A DNA stretch of 64,000 nt from a bacterium (GCA_965213685.1 CBDBZY010000016.1:160001-224000), one strand, 5' to 3'; positions 49,106 to 62,132 are shown, counted from the first letter of the stretch. Program-made: numbers and translations. The notes: generated from the sequence alone by a model not told the origin.

Positions 49106-49585
49106 TGTCAAAATTGAGTGTTCTATGATAGTCGACATATTTCAGTTTTAGGCTATAGTCTAAAATAGGGGGTATGTCTTGTTTTTAAAGGGAGTATGTG
49201 CTCTTTCTGTGAGAGGGGTACATCTTGTAGGGGATATGTCTTGTTTTAGTGTGTGTTCTGTAAGTGGGCGGGTTCTGTGGGAAGAGGTGCATGCATGTCT
49301 TGCTCCCTTCAAAACCAAGACATCCCCACTTTAAAACTAAGACATACATGTACTCCTCCTCACAGACAGAACACATACACTTGTACCTCCTACAAATGAA
49401 AAGCACTGAAGTGCAACCCTTCGGCACACAGTGGCTGCAATGGTACAACTCACTGCACAAGCACACTGAGGGTTAACAAGACATATCCCCTCACACAGAA
49501 GACGAGCCCATTTCCACAGAGCACATCTCCTATTTTAGCAAAACTAGAGCCTAAAAGTGAAATGTGTGGACTATCAATTTTGACA
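49106..49585. mobile_element. Foldback MITE nested in the Ginger-like element
   Basis: TGTCAAAATTGA..GATAGTCGACATATTTCAGTTTTAGGCT vs AGCCTAAAAGTGAAATGTGTGGACTATCAATTTTGACA, plus internal inverted motifs. Confidence 0.6.
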
Positions 49586-49910
49586 CTGATCACCACCATA
49601 CACATTCACATGTTGAATGTCCTACATTTATGTGTGCACAGTTATACCTCTTTTGCATGTTGTTCACCACTCCTTTCTTCTGCATTGTGTGTTCCAGGAG
49701 CCTGGATGAAACAAAGATAGACAAAAGAACATCGTTTGAAAGCACAAAGTTACACCTAGCATCCAATAGTTTTTGTAACACTTACATGTTGGTCTGCATT
49801 TCCCACAGTAAGTTCTTCCTGATGCCTCTCGCTGTTACTGTCATCTGAACTGCCATCTTCGTCTTGGCTGTCATCTCCATGTCCAACATCCTCTCTAGGA
49901 GGATCTTCTC

Positions 49911-52002
49911 CTACCCACCCTCTACGGTGCCATCATTTTCTTGCCCACCACTGTCTCTGTTGTGTTGGCTGTCATCTTCTTGCCCACCACTGTCTCTGTT
50001 GTGTTGGCTGTCATCTTCTTGCCCACCACTGTCTCTGTTGTGTTGGCTGTCATCCTCTTCTTGCCCACCATCCTGTCTTGTATTGTTACGGACTGTTGCA
50101 TCACATATCCTGCCCTCTCCACTGTCAGAAGCCTGAGTGTAAGTATGTAGACAAACATCACTGACATGTACATGTACATGTACAATGCTTGTGTACACAA
50201 TCATCTTCATAATTACATCAAAACATGTTTATTCCAAAGATTAAATCAAAGAAAGAAAGGAAGGAGGCAGGAAGAACACCAGGGTTTCATATAGGATTGA
50301 TTGCTGGAAAACTACTCTAACAATATCATGTACACAAAATGTACACTACAACCCACCATGTTATTATTAACCAAGGACACATACAAAGAGGATGCCTAGC
50401 CTTGAGCAGATGTACACACGTATATGAGGTAATGTATCCCCTGAAGTAATTACCTCTCCCAGATCTTCTTCATCAATTTTCCCCCTCAGTTTTGTGTCCG
50501 GAATCACCAAGGATCTGGGGGGTTGTCCGAACACCAATTCATATGGTGTGTGCTTTGTTGTTTCATGCACTTGAGTGTTCAGAGTATCTAGGTGAACAAA
50601 GTTTCACAAAGTGACTGCATGGCCATCAGACACAGCCAGTTAATACATGAATGTACTTACAGGTAATATGGGGAAGCCAATCTGACCATGGAGGTTGTTG
50701 CATTCCACTTTCGGAAATCCTCGCACTCATCATCCGCTCCAGAGTGTAGTGAGCCTGCTCCACTAATCCTTGGGACTGGGGGTGGCGAGGCCGACCACTC
50801 ACGAGTTGCACCTGTCCAGGCCAAGTCGCTACGACCTCTTCTATGAGTTTGTTAACAAACTCCCGGCCATTATCACTCTGGAGAATGCTGGGTAATCCCA
50901 TGACTGGGAACACCCACTTCTCAAGTGCATTTGCAACATCCCTGGCAGACTTGGAGACCAGGGGGTAGGCAAAGTGGAATTTGGACCAGTGGTCCACTAC
51001 ATGTAGAATCCACTTGTAGCCATTGTGAGGCGCATGCCTCATGTCAATAAGATCAATCTAAAAGAAAAAATATGCCACATGGATTAGACACAATTCCCTG
51101 ATGATGCAATCCAAAATTTTTTTGAGTTTCTACCTGCACACGAGAGAAGAGCCCATTAGTCAAAATGGGACGTAGTGGAGGCTGAGTAGCCTGAGGCTTG
51201 CGCAGGTTGCATGTAGGACACAGTTTCACGTACTGTTCGACCACGCTTCTTGGCAGGTGGGAGTACACACTTTGGATCTATCAAAGGAAAACATATCAAG
51301 TAAGTGATGCGAGATTAAAGAAGTGCAGGCAGGCCATACACATGTGAAAAAATTTCATGTTCAATGTCAGCTGATCCTACAAGACATACATGTAGAGTAC
51401 ATCGCAAATGTGAGAAAGTTCAGCAGCCAACATACCCTGGCAAAGGTTTTCTTGAGGCCAGCATGTAGGCAGTCCTTGTTATGGACTTGTTGCAAGATCC
51501 CATAAAACTCTTCTGCCACTGCCACTCTCCTGTAGCCACTCATCATGGTGCGGTCATTCTCATTCTGGAAGTAAACACAGGTGGTAAAAACAAAGAATTA
51601 CAATGTGATATCCACTTGTGAGTAGTACTTTTCTGAAGCAAGTGTTGGCTTGATTTTAGAGGTGAACTACAAGTCTTAAACAGACACTACTTTATGCCAA
51701 CATGTACGTGTACAGTTGTATATAACTGGTTTACTACTACATACACGCACCTTCTTCTCTTCTTTCACTCGAATCACCAAAGCGTCCCTAATCCCCACAG
51801 AAGGCAGATCGAGAAGTTCGAAACCGCTCTTCTTGACGAAGTGGCGAAATCCCTTGTCTGCGTCCTGCTGCTCGCCTTTAAGGTAGTTGACTATCTTCCG
51901 TGCAAAGGACTCTCTGACTATCGCACTCCTCGTACGCTTGCCATCACTTGGGAACGTTTCGTCCAGGTACGTCTGAAAGACAGTCTCGCTATCGTTGGCC
52001 AT
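49911..52002 (-). CDS. Spliced DDE integrase/transposase (KRBA2/SCAND3/GIN-like: HHCC zinc finger + rve core)
   Basis: Exons ~52002-51751, 51566-51436 (HNKDCLHAG), 51278-51134 (CPTC), 51057-50661 (IDLIDM..VDHWSKF..LQSDNGREF..PRHPQSQGLVE), 50588-50452 (TPYELVFG), then an acidic 39-bp-repeat exon; 3' end uncertain. Confidence 0.8.
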
Positions 52003-53094
52003 CGTGTACGCGTCACATCGACAGTTGACTGACGCCTCGACAGTACGTAAGACCGTAAATCCTCAGTGCGCAAACTTATTGTCCGGTTGATCAACCGGGC
52101 ATCCGGTTGATTAACCGGATGTCCGGTTAATCAACGGGGCAGCGGTTGCGCATCCGGGCGGAACATATATATTTCGCCAGGTCGCTTACGTGGCCACTCG
52201 GGCCCCCGTACGAATGCGCGCGTGATACAAGTGTACAGCACTCAACTAGCTGGGTAAGAACTTTTTGGACTGTGCAAGTGCTCTTCAAACTCACCTTACT
52301 GCAAGAAATCAAAAGAGGTGGCTAATGTGCTGCGGTGGCTGACGGGATGTGATATCTTAGACGTGAGCAGTCACTGAGAGATTTTCGTAACTGAACATGC
52401 GCACCTTACATCATCATTACACAATATCACGTAAGCAATATCCGCCACAGAGAAGCGAACATACGTTACCATACATGGAGTACCACACTCCAAATACATC
52501 ACACAGGACAGCTATAATTATGTGTACATGGCACTGCTAGACACATACATACAATATTGAGGAAGGTGAATTGACGTACATGTACAATACAACCTGCTCA
52601 GCTTACATTGTTAAACAATGGTCTGTTCAACTTCAACCCTCTTCAGACATAATTGTTATATCGTTTTTCACTTCACATGATCATGCAGCTCAAAGCATGT
52701 CATGTAACTGCAAGTTCATAACTCTCTAGCTTTTGCCTTGATGGGAGACAAAGTACCTGAACAAGTTCTGCCTGTCCATACTATGAGGAATAGCATATTT
52801 CCCTGCATGTATTCAGTAAACATGATAGTATGAGAGCGCATGTATGTGTGTTACTACAAGATAAGAAGAGTTTCCATACAGCAGTCCTCCTTGTCAAAAT
52901 CACAGAAGCAGCAGCTCTATAGCCTTGAGACTCAGCTATACTTTTGGAAACATTGCATGAATGAAGTATCCCACACAACAATATATACATACACTACTCC
53001 ATTTTGGACATGCACATTGTACTCTACTCACTAGCTACTGGTGTCATGTGTACTGCAATGTATATACAGCCCAACTTCCATTCACAGCACAGGT

Positions 53095-53418
53095 AGTAGG
53101 GTAGCAGCCACTAATGACATGATTAGGAGTGTGGCTGCAACGCAAGATTCATGGACAAATGATTCAAAAGCTTCAGCAGTAGCTTATGGTGGTGTCATAG
53201 GAAGTTTGTGCTCACTGGCCCCAGCTACACTTGCTATTAGTAGGTTTGGGTTGAGTACAGGAGAAGCAGTGACCATATCAGTTGCCACTGCACCTATCAG
53301 CCTCATATGTGCTCCAGTTACTGCTCCTGTGTTTGCAGTTTGGGCTGCTAGGGACATGATCGAGAGAGAGTGTGACTGGGGAGACCTGTCCCCAGAGAGT
53401 GATGATGAGATGTCATGA
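53095..53418 (+). pseudogene. Orphan divergent GBP C-terminal cassette, duplicate of 34012-34335
   Basis: Identical translated ORF in the track. Confidence 0.75.
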
Positions 53419-55016
53419 CTCCACAGAGTGACATGTCAATACTCTATGGCTAGCTATAGCTGCTCTTGTGTGTACACGTTCATGTACTCTCATACCTGCC
53501 ACAATAAACACAATGTGCACATGTACTTATTATGAAGTAGATGTAACTGACAGTAACAGTAACTATTAGAATATTTATCAATACAGGCCTTGTTTTCGTG
53601 ATATTGTGTTGGCATGGCAACAGCAGACTCTGAGTGAGCATCCTAGTGTGGGTGGAGCCAGAGAGCTCGAGGTCACCAGTGGATAGCACACACAGCAGTG
53701 ATCATCACTAGCTGGTTGTCATGACAAGATGGGCCCCTGTCATCAACCACAATATTATTATTATGGAGTTGCCATGTCTCCAGGCACAGAGCAGTGCTAG
53801 CCTCATTCCCAGGCCTTCCCCCACATGCCAGCACAACACCACACCCAGCATGGTGGAGTGCTTGTGTGTGGGGGGCACTCTGGGAACAAGGCTAGAGTGA
53901 TGTGAATTGATACATAGCAAATGACCGTAAACATCATAATAATTATACACTGTAGTGGTGAGTGTTATGAGCACTGCTAGTGATGATCATGACTTGTGTT
54001 TCTCTGTGGTGACTGAGGGTTGAGGTGATTGTGGTTCTCTCGGCCTGATCCACAGCAGCAGGAACATTCCAATCAAACATCTGATGATGATACCAGCACA
54101 GCGACCCTGAGATGAGGGAAGAGGAGAATGAGAAAGAGAGTAAGTAACCAGAGGAAGAGGTACATGTATGAGAGTGGAAGCAGATAAGCAGGCTGGCAGG
54201 CCAAAGGCAGGCAGACAGATACAGACAGACATGGAATTTTGACTCCATAGAATAACATGACAATGGCTCCTCTTGTGTGGTAGTACAACCTCTTGCACTC
54301 TCATACCTGCCATAATTATAGCCTCGTTCCCAGGCTCTTTTCGGGCCTGGATACGAGGCTAACCTAAACATCACATCAACCAGGTCCTTGCACCACCCCA
54401 CCAGGCGGGCCACTGAATGTACCTGGCGTCCAACACTGTTGTTACGCTCAAAATATGCCATTTGCTGACTGAACTAAGTCAAACAATTACATGTACACAA
54501 TGATCGTATACCCCAGCAGATGGCGGCGGTACTTTAGACCACAGAATATCAATGACTAGACATCATTAGCGTATTCTCACAAGCCTCCAATCTACCTGCA
54601 TATTTACTAGAGATCTATGGACCAGCCAAGAATGCGGATAATTATATCACTGTTACCTACAATGTACTGCCCACTCGCTACTCGGTGCCCACTACTGAAC
54701 ACCAGCACCGTGTAGCGCCATATACGCTAAATATTGACGGTATAGCTATTTGCTAAACACCAAAGCTATTTACTAAACATACTAGTAAATATCCCCTATG
54801 TACTAGTAAACATACTAGTACATAGGGGATATACCCTTTGCTATATCCCCTTAAAAAATTAGGGTTTTCAAATTTGGGCCAACAGCACCCCATAATTCTT
54901 TGAAGAGTAGTACGTCACAGCATAGATATCTATGGTCACGGCGGTGTGGGGGAGGTCCCTACGTTTAGAATGCGACGCACAGGTATTAGAGCCCACCAGT
55001 AGCTTTGCTCATATGC

Positions 55017-57149
55017 ATGGCTGCCTCTGGAGCCACAGCTGAGGATGTTAGTGCCTCCTCCCTCACCCCTCGAGACCTCACCCTCCCTGGTAGGTCCCTC
55101 CCTCCTGCCATGCCCCTCATCATCTCCACCCAAGACAGGTGGGACCCTCACAGCTGCAAGCTGGAGACTCACCAGCACAACAGCCAACCACAATACCTAC
55201 AGCTAGTCACAGACACTCTACAACTGCTGGGAACCATCAACAAGCCTGTGGCTATCCTGTCCATCTGTGGCCCCTACCGCTCGGGGAAGTCCTACTTCAT
55301 CTCCCGACTGCTGGGCAGGCCTGGGGCCTTTCAGCTGGGCCACAGGATGCAAGCCTGTACACGTGGAATCTGGATGGCCACCACTGTCCTGGAGTGTGAG
55401 CAGTTTGCCATAATCCTGCTGGACACGGAAGGCATTGATGCCATTGGAGCCTCCGAGACCATGGCCATGAGCTTGCTGACTGTCACCACACTCCTCAGCT
55501 CCTACCTCATCTACAACTCCAAGAAGGTGCCCCAGAAGGTGGACCTGGACAAGATGAGGTGCTTCACCCAGCTCTCCAGGTCTCTGCTCGTGCAGAAAGG
55601 GGAGTCCATGAGGGCAGAGGTCATGAGGGAGTTCTTCCCTCACTTTCTGTGGCTACTGCGAGATGTGACACTGACTGTGACAGACAGAGCCGGCCAGACC
55701 ATCTCAGCCACTGAGTTCCTGCACACTCGTGTGCTGGCATCACAGTCTGGCCAGCCTACAGAGCTGGGCAAGTCTCTTTGCAGCCTCTTCCCCTCACTGG
55801 AATGCCACACTCTTCCTATTCCAAGCATCAACCCCAAAGTCATCAAGAACATTGTGGAGCAACAGGACAAGCTGAAACCAGCATTCAACAAGGCAGTGGA
55901 TCAACTGATCCAGCGAATCCTGCAGCAAGTCACGCCCAAGAAAGCCATCGATGGAGTGAGTGTGGTGGATGGCCCGGCTCTAGCTGCTCTGACCCATGGC
56001 TATGTGGATGCCATCAACACACCAGGAGCAATACCAGACCTGGAACAAGGCTGGCAGGCCATCATCAAGTGGAAACTGAAGGAACTATCAGACAAGCTAG
56101 TGGAGGAGTACAGGAGAGAGATGGAGGAATGTTTAGGAGACAATCTTCCCATGGAGGAGAGGAATCTGATGAGAATCCACCAACAGACACTGAGCAGGAA
56201 AAGGGGGTCACTGCAGCAGGAGATCCGTCGACTCAAGCCATTGAGTTCCACCTCTGGAGACAAACACCCAGTCCTGAGTCAACTGGAGCAGACAATAAGT
56301 CAGACAAACGAGGGGGGTGAGGTGATTGGGGGGATCCTGTTCCAGTTCACCATTCAGAACTACTCCAAGTCCAAGCAGCAGTGTGAAGAGGTGCTGATGG
56401 AAGCAGTGAAGAGCAGTGGAATTCGAAAGAAGTGTCAGGAAGCCTTCATCAACTCACAGCCACTGGACATAATGGCAGAGATATGGGATATTCATACACA
56501 ATACTGCAAGCAAGCTGTTGGACCAGCAGCTGGTAAAGTGCTGAAAAAAGGTCACAGAGAACTGAACCAACTGGGAGACTCACTCAAGAGAATTCCTGGC
56601 CCACCTCATGAGGTGGAGGTCATTGGATGGGGACCTGATCAAGTGAAGCTGAGCTGGCAACCTCCAAAGAAGAACCCTGAGGCTGCTGAGAGCTATGTGG
56701 TGTGGAAACAAGAGGAGGGGAAGCAGTGGGAGAGGGTGAGGGAGACAAAGAAGACCAAAATTCTCATCACTGGACTGAAGTCAGACACAGACTACCAGTT
56801 CAGAATCACAGCCACTAATGACCTGATTAAGAGTGTGGCTGCAACACATGACTCATGTACAATGGAGTCAAAAGCTAAGATGGGAGCTCTTGCTGGTGGT
56901 GTAGGAGCAATTACATTGTCACTGATGCCAGTTGCAGCAGCTATTGCGAATGTGACTGCTGAAGACATGAGTGAAGGAAAAATAGTAGCCATATCAGTCG
57001 CCACTTTACCAATTAGCCTCATATGTGCTCCAGTTATTGCTACTGTGGGTGGAGTTTGGATTGCTAGGGAAGTGATCAAGGACGGATGCTACAGTGGAGA
57101 CCTGTCCCCAGAGAGTGATGATGAGACGTCATGTGACTCCACAGAATGA
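55017..57149 (+). CDS. GBP-FN3-TM GTPase, copy 5
   Basis: Open ORF; G motifs intact; more divergent helical/FN3 region (IWDIHTQYCK, IGWGPDQ). Confidence 0.9.
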   Translation: MAASGATAEDVSASSLTPRDLTLPGRSLPPAMPLIISTQDRWDPHSCKLETHQHNSQPQYLQLVTDTLQLLGTINKPVAILSICGPYRSGKSYFISRLLGRPGAFQLGHRMQACTRGIWMATTVLECEQFAIILLDTEGIDAIGASETMAMSLLTVTTLLSSYLIYNSKKVPQKVDLDKMRCFTQLSRSLLVQKGESMRAEVMREFFPHFLWLLRDVTLTVTDRAGQTISATEFLHTRVLASQSGQPTELGKSLCSLFPSLECHTLPIPSINPKVIKNIVEQQDKLKPAFNKAVDQLIQRILQQVTPKKAIDGVSVVDGPALAALTHGYVDAINTPGAIPDLEQGWQAIIKWKLKELSDKLVEEYRREMEECLGDNLPMEERNLMRIHQQTLSRKRGSLQQEIRRLKPLSSTSGDKHPVLSQLEQTISQTNEGGEVIGGILFQFTIQNYSKSKQQCEEVLMEAVKSSGIRKKCQEAFINSQPLDIMAEIWDIHTQYCKQAVGPAAGKVLKKGHRELNQLGDSLKRIPGPPHEVEVIGWGPDQVKLSWQPPKKNPEAAESYVVWKQEEGKQWERVRETKKTKILITGLKSDTDYQFRITATNDLIKSVAATHDSCTMESKAKMGALAGGVGAITLSLMPVAAAIANVTAEDMSEGKIVAISVATLPISLICAPVIATVGGVWIAREVIKDGCYSGDLSPESDDETSCDSTE

Positions 57150-57683
57150 CATGACAATACTCTATGGCCAGCTATAGCTGCTCTTGTGTGTACACGTTCA
57201 TGTACTCCCATACCTGCCACAATAAACATAACATGCACATGTATTTTGATATATTATGGAGTGGATGTAACAGAAATTGAGTTATTTATCAGTATAAGCT
57301 TTGTTACTGACATTGTGTTGGCATGGCAACAGCAGAACCTAAATGAGCATCCATTGTGGGTGAAACCAGATAGGTTACCAATGGGTAGCGATTCTAGTGA
57401 ATATAGCAGTGATCATCACTGTTTGTCATGACAAGATGGGCCCCTGTCATCAACCACAATTGTTATGGAGTTGCCGTGTCCCCAGCCACAGAGCAATGCT
57501 AGCCTCATTCCCAGGCCTTCCCCCACATGCCAGCACAACACCACACCCAGCATGGTGGAGTGCTTGTGTGTGGAGGGCAGTCTGGGAAGAAGGCTAGAGT
57601 GATGTGGATTGAATGACCATAAACTAATAATTATACACTGTACATGTAGTGGTGAGTGTTATGAGCACTGCTAGTGATGAGTA

Positions 57684-57803
57684 TCATGACTTGTGTTCCT
57701 CTGGGGTGACTGAGTGTTGACGTGATTGTGGTTCTCTCGGCCTGATCCACAGCAGCGGGAACATTCCAATCAAACATCCGATGATGATACCTGCACAGTG
57801 ATC
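57684..57803 (-). pseudogene. TMEM65: Orphan TMEM65-like last exon (best-preserved copy)
   Basis: AGIIIGCLIGMFPLLWI resembles the recalled TMEM65 last helix VGVTIGCILGMFPLIFF; CAG acceptor; no upstream exons seen. Confidence 0.55.
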
Positions 57804-57875
57804 CTGAGACGGGGGAAGAAGAGAAAGTGAAAAAGTATAAGTATTCATTTGCAAGCATTGGATAGGAGTAAGCAT

Positions 57876-58445
57876 AGAAACAAGGGCATTATCTTACATC
57901 TGACCAACAAATGTTCTCCATCTCCAAATTTGGGATAAAAGTAACAGACTCCCAAAGGCAGCGCGTTTTCACCCGCCACCCCCTGCACCGAATAGTGAAC
58001 ATCACCTACTATGAGGACACGTACAAGAAGCACATGCTGGCAGTGAGGGTGTCTGGAGCAGAGGATGGGCAGCAAGAGCTAGTAAGAGCATTCCTTCTTG
58101 TACCAAGAGTGGTTTGAATAAAGACACCTTGACAGATGGGTCACTACTGCTGTGCCCTATATACCACATCTGTGTATATCTGGAATGATGACACCTTCAA
58201 TTCATAATATAGGCAGTCCTTCTTTCCCAAGGGTGTCTTGATTAGAGGTGCTCTATACTGTGCTGCTTGCAATCCAATTCACACAGTTAGGCATGAACAC
58301 TTTCACCCTCCTCTCTCCCTCTCTCTCCTTTTTCCCTCCCCAGGCACAGGCTAAAAACGTCTGCCTCACTCTGGCTCAGGCATTTGAGGCAGTCTACAAC
58401 AAACTGCAGTTGGAACAGAACCTCCACTCCTCAGACCTCAGATAG
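57876..58445 (+). pseudogene. ITGB1BP1: ICAP-1-like 3' fragment (last two exons, with deletions)
   Basis: MFSISKFGIKV... exon with deletions at both ends; AQAKNVCLTLAQAFEAV last exon; no 5' exons. Confidence 0.8.
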
Positions 58446-58745
58446 CCTGTACATGCCTACATGTCGCATGCATAATATATTGCTATGACATCATCTCTGT
58501 ACTGTTTGCTTTACAAATGTGTAATTGTTATTTCAAACATTGCATCATGGTTAATACTGACCAATCATAGTAATTCCATTATCCACACATGGGTACCATC
58601 ATTCCACTTATGCTTAAATACTTCTGTGTAGGCCATCATGGCTCCTCATCAATGAAATTTCTCACCAGTGTATTGTAAATAACTCAAAATGATGTAATAA
58701 TTACAACTGGTGTATAAAACTCTGCTAAAAGCAGACAGGAGGCAA

Positions 58746-59241
58746 TTGCGCAAGTAAATTGTAAATTGTGGAGGGGCATACTATATGGATAGCATAAAAA
58801 GGCATGGAGACAAGACCAGAATATAAAGTGCATGCTATAATGCACTGAGTTTCATGGGGACAACGATGACATGACGAGTGCGCCATGTCTGATTATGCAA
58901 TGCAAGCCCTATATTGTTGACTAGAGCTGTATAGGGGCATCACATAGTTTGTATGACAATGAACTGTTAATTAAGTCAGTGCATGTATAGAGTGCTAGTA
59001 GACACAATACCTATATACATATCTTTCAATGTATTATCATACTGTATTAGTAGCTTCCTTTGTAGGTGGCAATTCAACAATATAGGGCTTGTATTGCATA
59101 ATCAGACATGGTGCACTCGTCATGTCATCGTTGTCCCCATGAAACTAAGCACATTATAGCATGCACTCTAATTCAGGTCTTGTCTCCATGCTATCCCTGT
59201 ATGCCCCTCCACAATTTACAATTCTTAATTTACTTGTACAA
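58746..59241. mobile_element. Foldback element / MITE with ~170-bp inverted arms
   Basis: 58746-58920 is the imperfect reverse complement of 59074-59241 (e.g. TTTCATGGGGACAACGATGACATGACGAGTGC / GCACTCGTCATGTCATCGTTGTCCCCATGAAA). Confidence 0.8.
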
Positions 59242-60421
59242 CAAAAACTCAAAAGCTAACATCGATGGGAAGTAGATCTGTGCAGTAAGTAAGATAGACT
59301 TGCGTTAGGAAGTGTATGCTTCTCTCTCACTCTCTCCCTCTCTCTCTAACACCAAACCTTGAAATTGTGGATGGAAAGCTGTTACATGCTTTTCAAACCC
59401 CAGTCCACTTATGCACTCCTTTTGGCAGTTCTGGATAGGACAGAGAAAAGGGGAGTATGAATATGAGTGTGCTTCTTTTGTTCCACATTTTTATTGGACA
59501 GGTGGCCTTCTGTCTTTGCTGGACACAAAGCTCAGTCACCTTTCTCATATTTATGACAAACTTTGGTCTGGGACCAAACTGATGAATAGGACTAACGAAT
59601 ATTTACAAGGGGATGTGTTAAAAACTACAAGATGAGTTCGTGCTACCAAAGGATGCAGTCACTAGTTAGTAACAATCTTGATATCTTAGTCTCTGCACTG
59701 CATCATATTTGGTGGCTCCCAAGCACTTGAGGTTCCTGACATAAATTCTCAATTTATACAGAGAGGAAAAAGGTATGTAGCAATAGTTCCTCAAGGAACT
59801 TGCAGGTTTATGATCCATATGTCTTCATATCATTTTGTGTATGGGGTGGGTTCAGAGCTGCACTATGGCCTATGCTATGTCATTAAATTCAGAGATACAT
59901 GCCCAGTCTATCAACTGCATGTTTGCACATTACCTGTGGTATGAAACCATGCTGTAAAAGATAGATGAACATGCATGGGCACATAATGGCCTGACCTGTT
60001 CATTAATCGCAACAGCTGATGTAGATCACCTCAGCCAATAGCATCTGTTTCTGCACAAGTGACTGGTCATGTGCACATTTGTAGCAGTGCAAGTGACAAA
60101 ACAGCTATGAAGCTCTCTGTCATAAGTATGCAAAGCTAGTTATTTGAGGAAATGTGTTTATATGCTAGTAGAGTAACATAAAAGGCCACCTGCAGTGGCT
60201 GATGTCAGGTCCAAATAAAGCTACAATTAATAGTGATAATACATGGTTGCTAACTTTCCCATGCTACATCACCTCACAGCAGAGCCAGGGACAAACACAT
60301 TCTTCAGCATCCACACCCAATATTGTGGTTCCCAATGTTGTACAGCCCATCTCACTTGTATGGTACTGACCAGTCTTACACTCCAAAAATTGCCCACTGC
60401 TGTAGATTTGCCATAGGTACA

Positions 60422-60508
60422 ATGGCTGCTTGTAGAGACACAGTTGAGAAAGCTGCCTCCTCCCTCACCCCTCGAGACTTCACCCTCCCTGGTAGGTCCC
60501 TCCCTCCT
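60422..60508 (+). pseudogene. GBP N-terminal relic (copy-1 type)
   Basis: MAACRDTVEKAASSLTPRDFTLPGRSLPP, then abrupt loss of homology. Confidence 0.8.
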
Positions 60509-61448
60509 CCCACGCCAATCATAGCCATATACAGGTTGCCTCAAGGACAGTATGGCTACGACGGCATGTTATTAACATGTCCCAGGATGTAACATCGACT
60601 GAGCTACTTGCACCTGTTTGCCAGCGTAGTGAATGTAGAAATACAGAGCTCCTGCCATCAGGAGAGATCATTCTTTGTTAGATTGTTTGAAGATGACAAA
60701 CTTCCATTCCAGAATTGCAGCTCTTCAGGTGTCAAAGTGTTCCACCTGCTTAGAGAGGTTCCCTGGATTGAACAGACAGTGACGATACTGAGTGTGTTCG
60801 TTGTAGGCAGGATAAGCACATCCCCAAGACCTACTCCTCTGGCAACAACATGGATCCTGGTCCTGTGCCATCTGAACTACAGGTACACATACAGAATACA
60901 TACATGTACATGTATACATGTATGTTAATGTGCAGGTACGTACATGTGTATAAACTGTTGACTATACTATGTATATACACTATTTATGTGTAGTATGTAT
61001 TTTCTGTAGGGATTATCACGGGTGGAAGAGATGCTAATTGCAGCTGTCATGCCCATCATGTCCATCTACCGTCTACCTCACGGACAGTACGGCTACAGTG
61101 GTCATGTGATCAACCTGCCCCAAGATAGAACTCTGTGTGTGTGCCTATCATCTACACCATCACCTGTATGTGTACAACTGTCACTTCCCATATCTTGCAC
61201 TCTCATGCATATCACCTCCTGTATCCCACCACATCTACCACTAACACCTGTCTGTCTGCTACACGTATGCTATATATAACCTGTGTGCACGACTAAGGGC
61301 GAGTGAGACCTATGACTTTTGAGTGTCCAGTCAGCTGTAGTTTCGGGCCACGTATTACATGTTACATTCCCTTCAACTTCATTAATTGATTTCATTGAAA
61401 TTAATGCTCGCTCAGGCTCGCCCCACTGATGCATTGCATCTATCCTAG
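60509..61448 (+). mobile_element. Helitron-like relic
   Basis: Two fragments PI(I/M)(A/S)IYRLP(Q/H)[13 protein letters not shown], recalled as the DUF6570-like segment upstream of Helitron Rep; 3' GCTCGCTCAGGCTCGCCCC, hairpin GATGCATTGCATC and CTAG|T. Confidence 0.55.
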
Positions 61449-61471
61449 TTTAGTAATGGGATGGGACGGAA

Positions 61472-62132
61472 TAGTCTCGCGGGCCAGACCCTCTCGGCAA
61501 GCGGGAGAGGGTCTGGTGACATTCCTATACTAGAGTTGTGCAGACATGCCGGAATTTTTCCGGCGTGATAAGTGGCTGACAGGCCACAGCTTACTTAGTT
61601 CTAGCACCTGTACGGATTCTGTTTACTACAGGTGAGTCAGTTGGCCTTAGGCCTGCAGGTGCGGTGCCCGTGCAGTTGATCTGAAGTAGCTAGTGTCGCG
61701 ATCTGAGTGAGAACAACTGCGCGTCCAATACTCTTAGTCTTGCGAGCCAGACCCTCTCGGCAAGCTTGCCGAGCCTCGGAGGGTCTGGCACGCGAGACTA
61801 TAAACACGCTTCCTTCTGTTTATCTTTAAGCTGGTCATAGCCTAGGTCTTTTACACTCTCGCGTATACCTCTCTCTATATCCATCGATAGAGTATTGGAC
61901 GCGCAGTTGCTCTCAGATCAGGACACTAGCTACTTCAGATGAACTGCACGCGCACCTGTAAGCCAACCGACTCACCCGTAGTAAACAGAATCCGTACAGG
62001 TGCTGCTAAGTAAGCTGTGGCCTGTCAGCCACTTATCACGCCGGAAAAATCCCGGCGTGTCTGCACAACTCTACTATAGGAATGTCACCAGACCCTCTCC
62101 CGCTTGCCGAGAGGGTCTGGCCCGCGAGACTA
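61472..62132. mobile_element. 661-bp foldback element with ~260-bp arms, 9-bp TSD and a related internal mini-palindrome (61735-61800)
   Basis: TAGTCTCGCGGGCCAGACCCTCTCGGCAAGCGGGAGAGGG... and its reverse complement; GGGACGGAA on both sides. Confidence 0.9.

Larger units (their letters stand above)
48585..52165 (-). mobile_element. Ginger/TDD-like DNA transposon with a retroviral-type integrase; one end apparently damaged
   Basis: 3.6-kb insertion versus paralogous site 33046-33082; minus-strand terminus TGTTCCGCC next to TATA; subterminal palindromes CCGGTTGAT(C/T)AACCGG; no RT or LTR seen. Confidence 0.75.

Noticed and set aside
48585-52165. LTR retrotransposon or endogenous retrovirus
   Set aside because: No gag, protease, RT or LTRs seen; the integrase gene has spliceosomal introns
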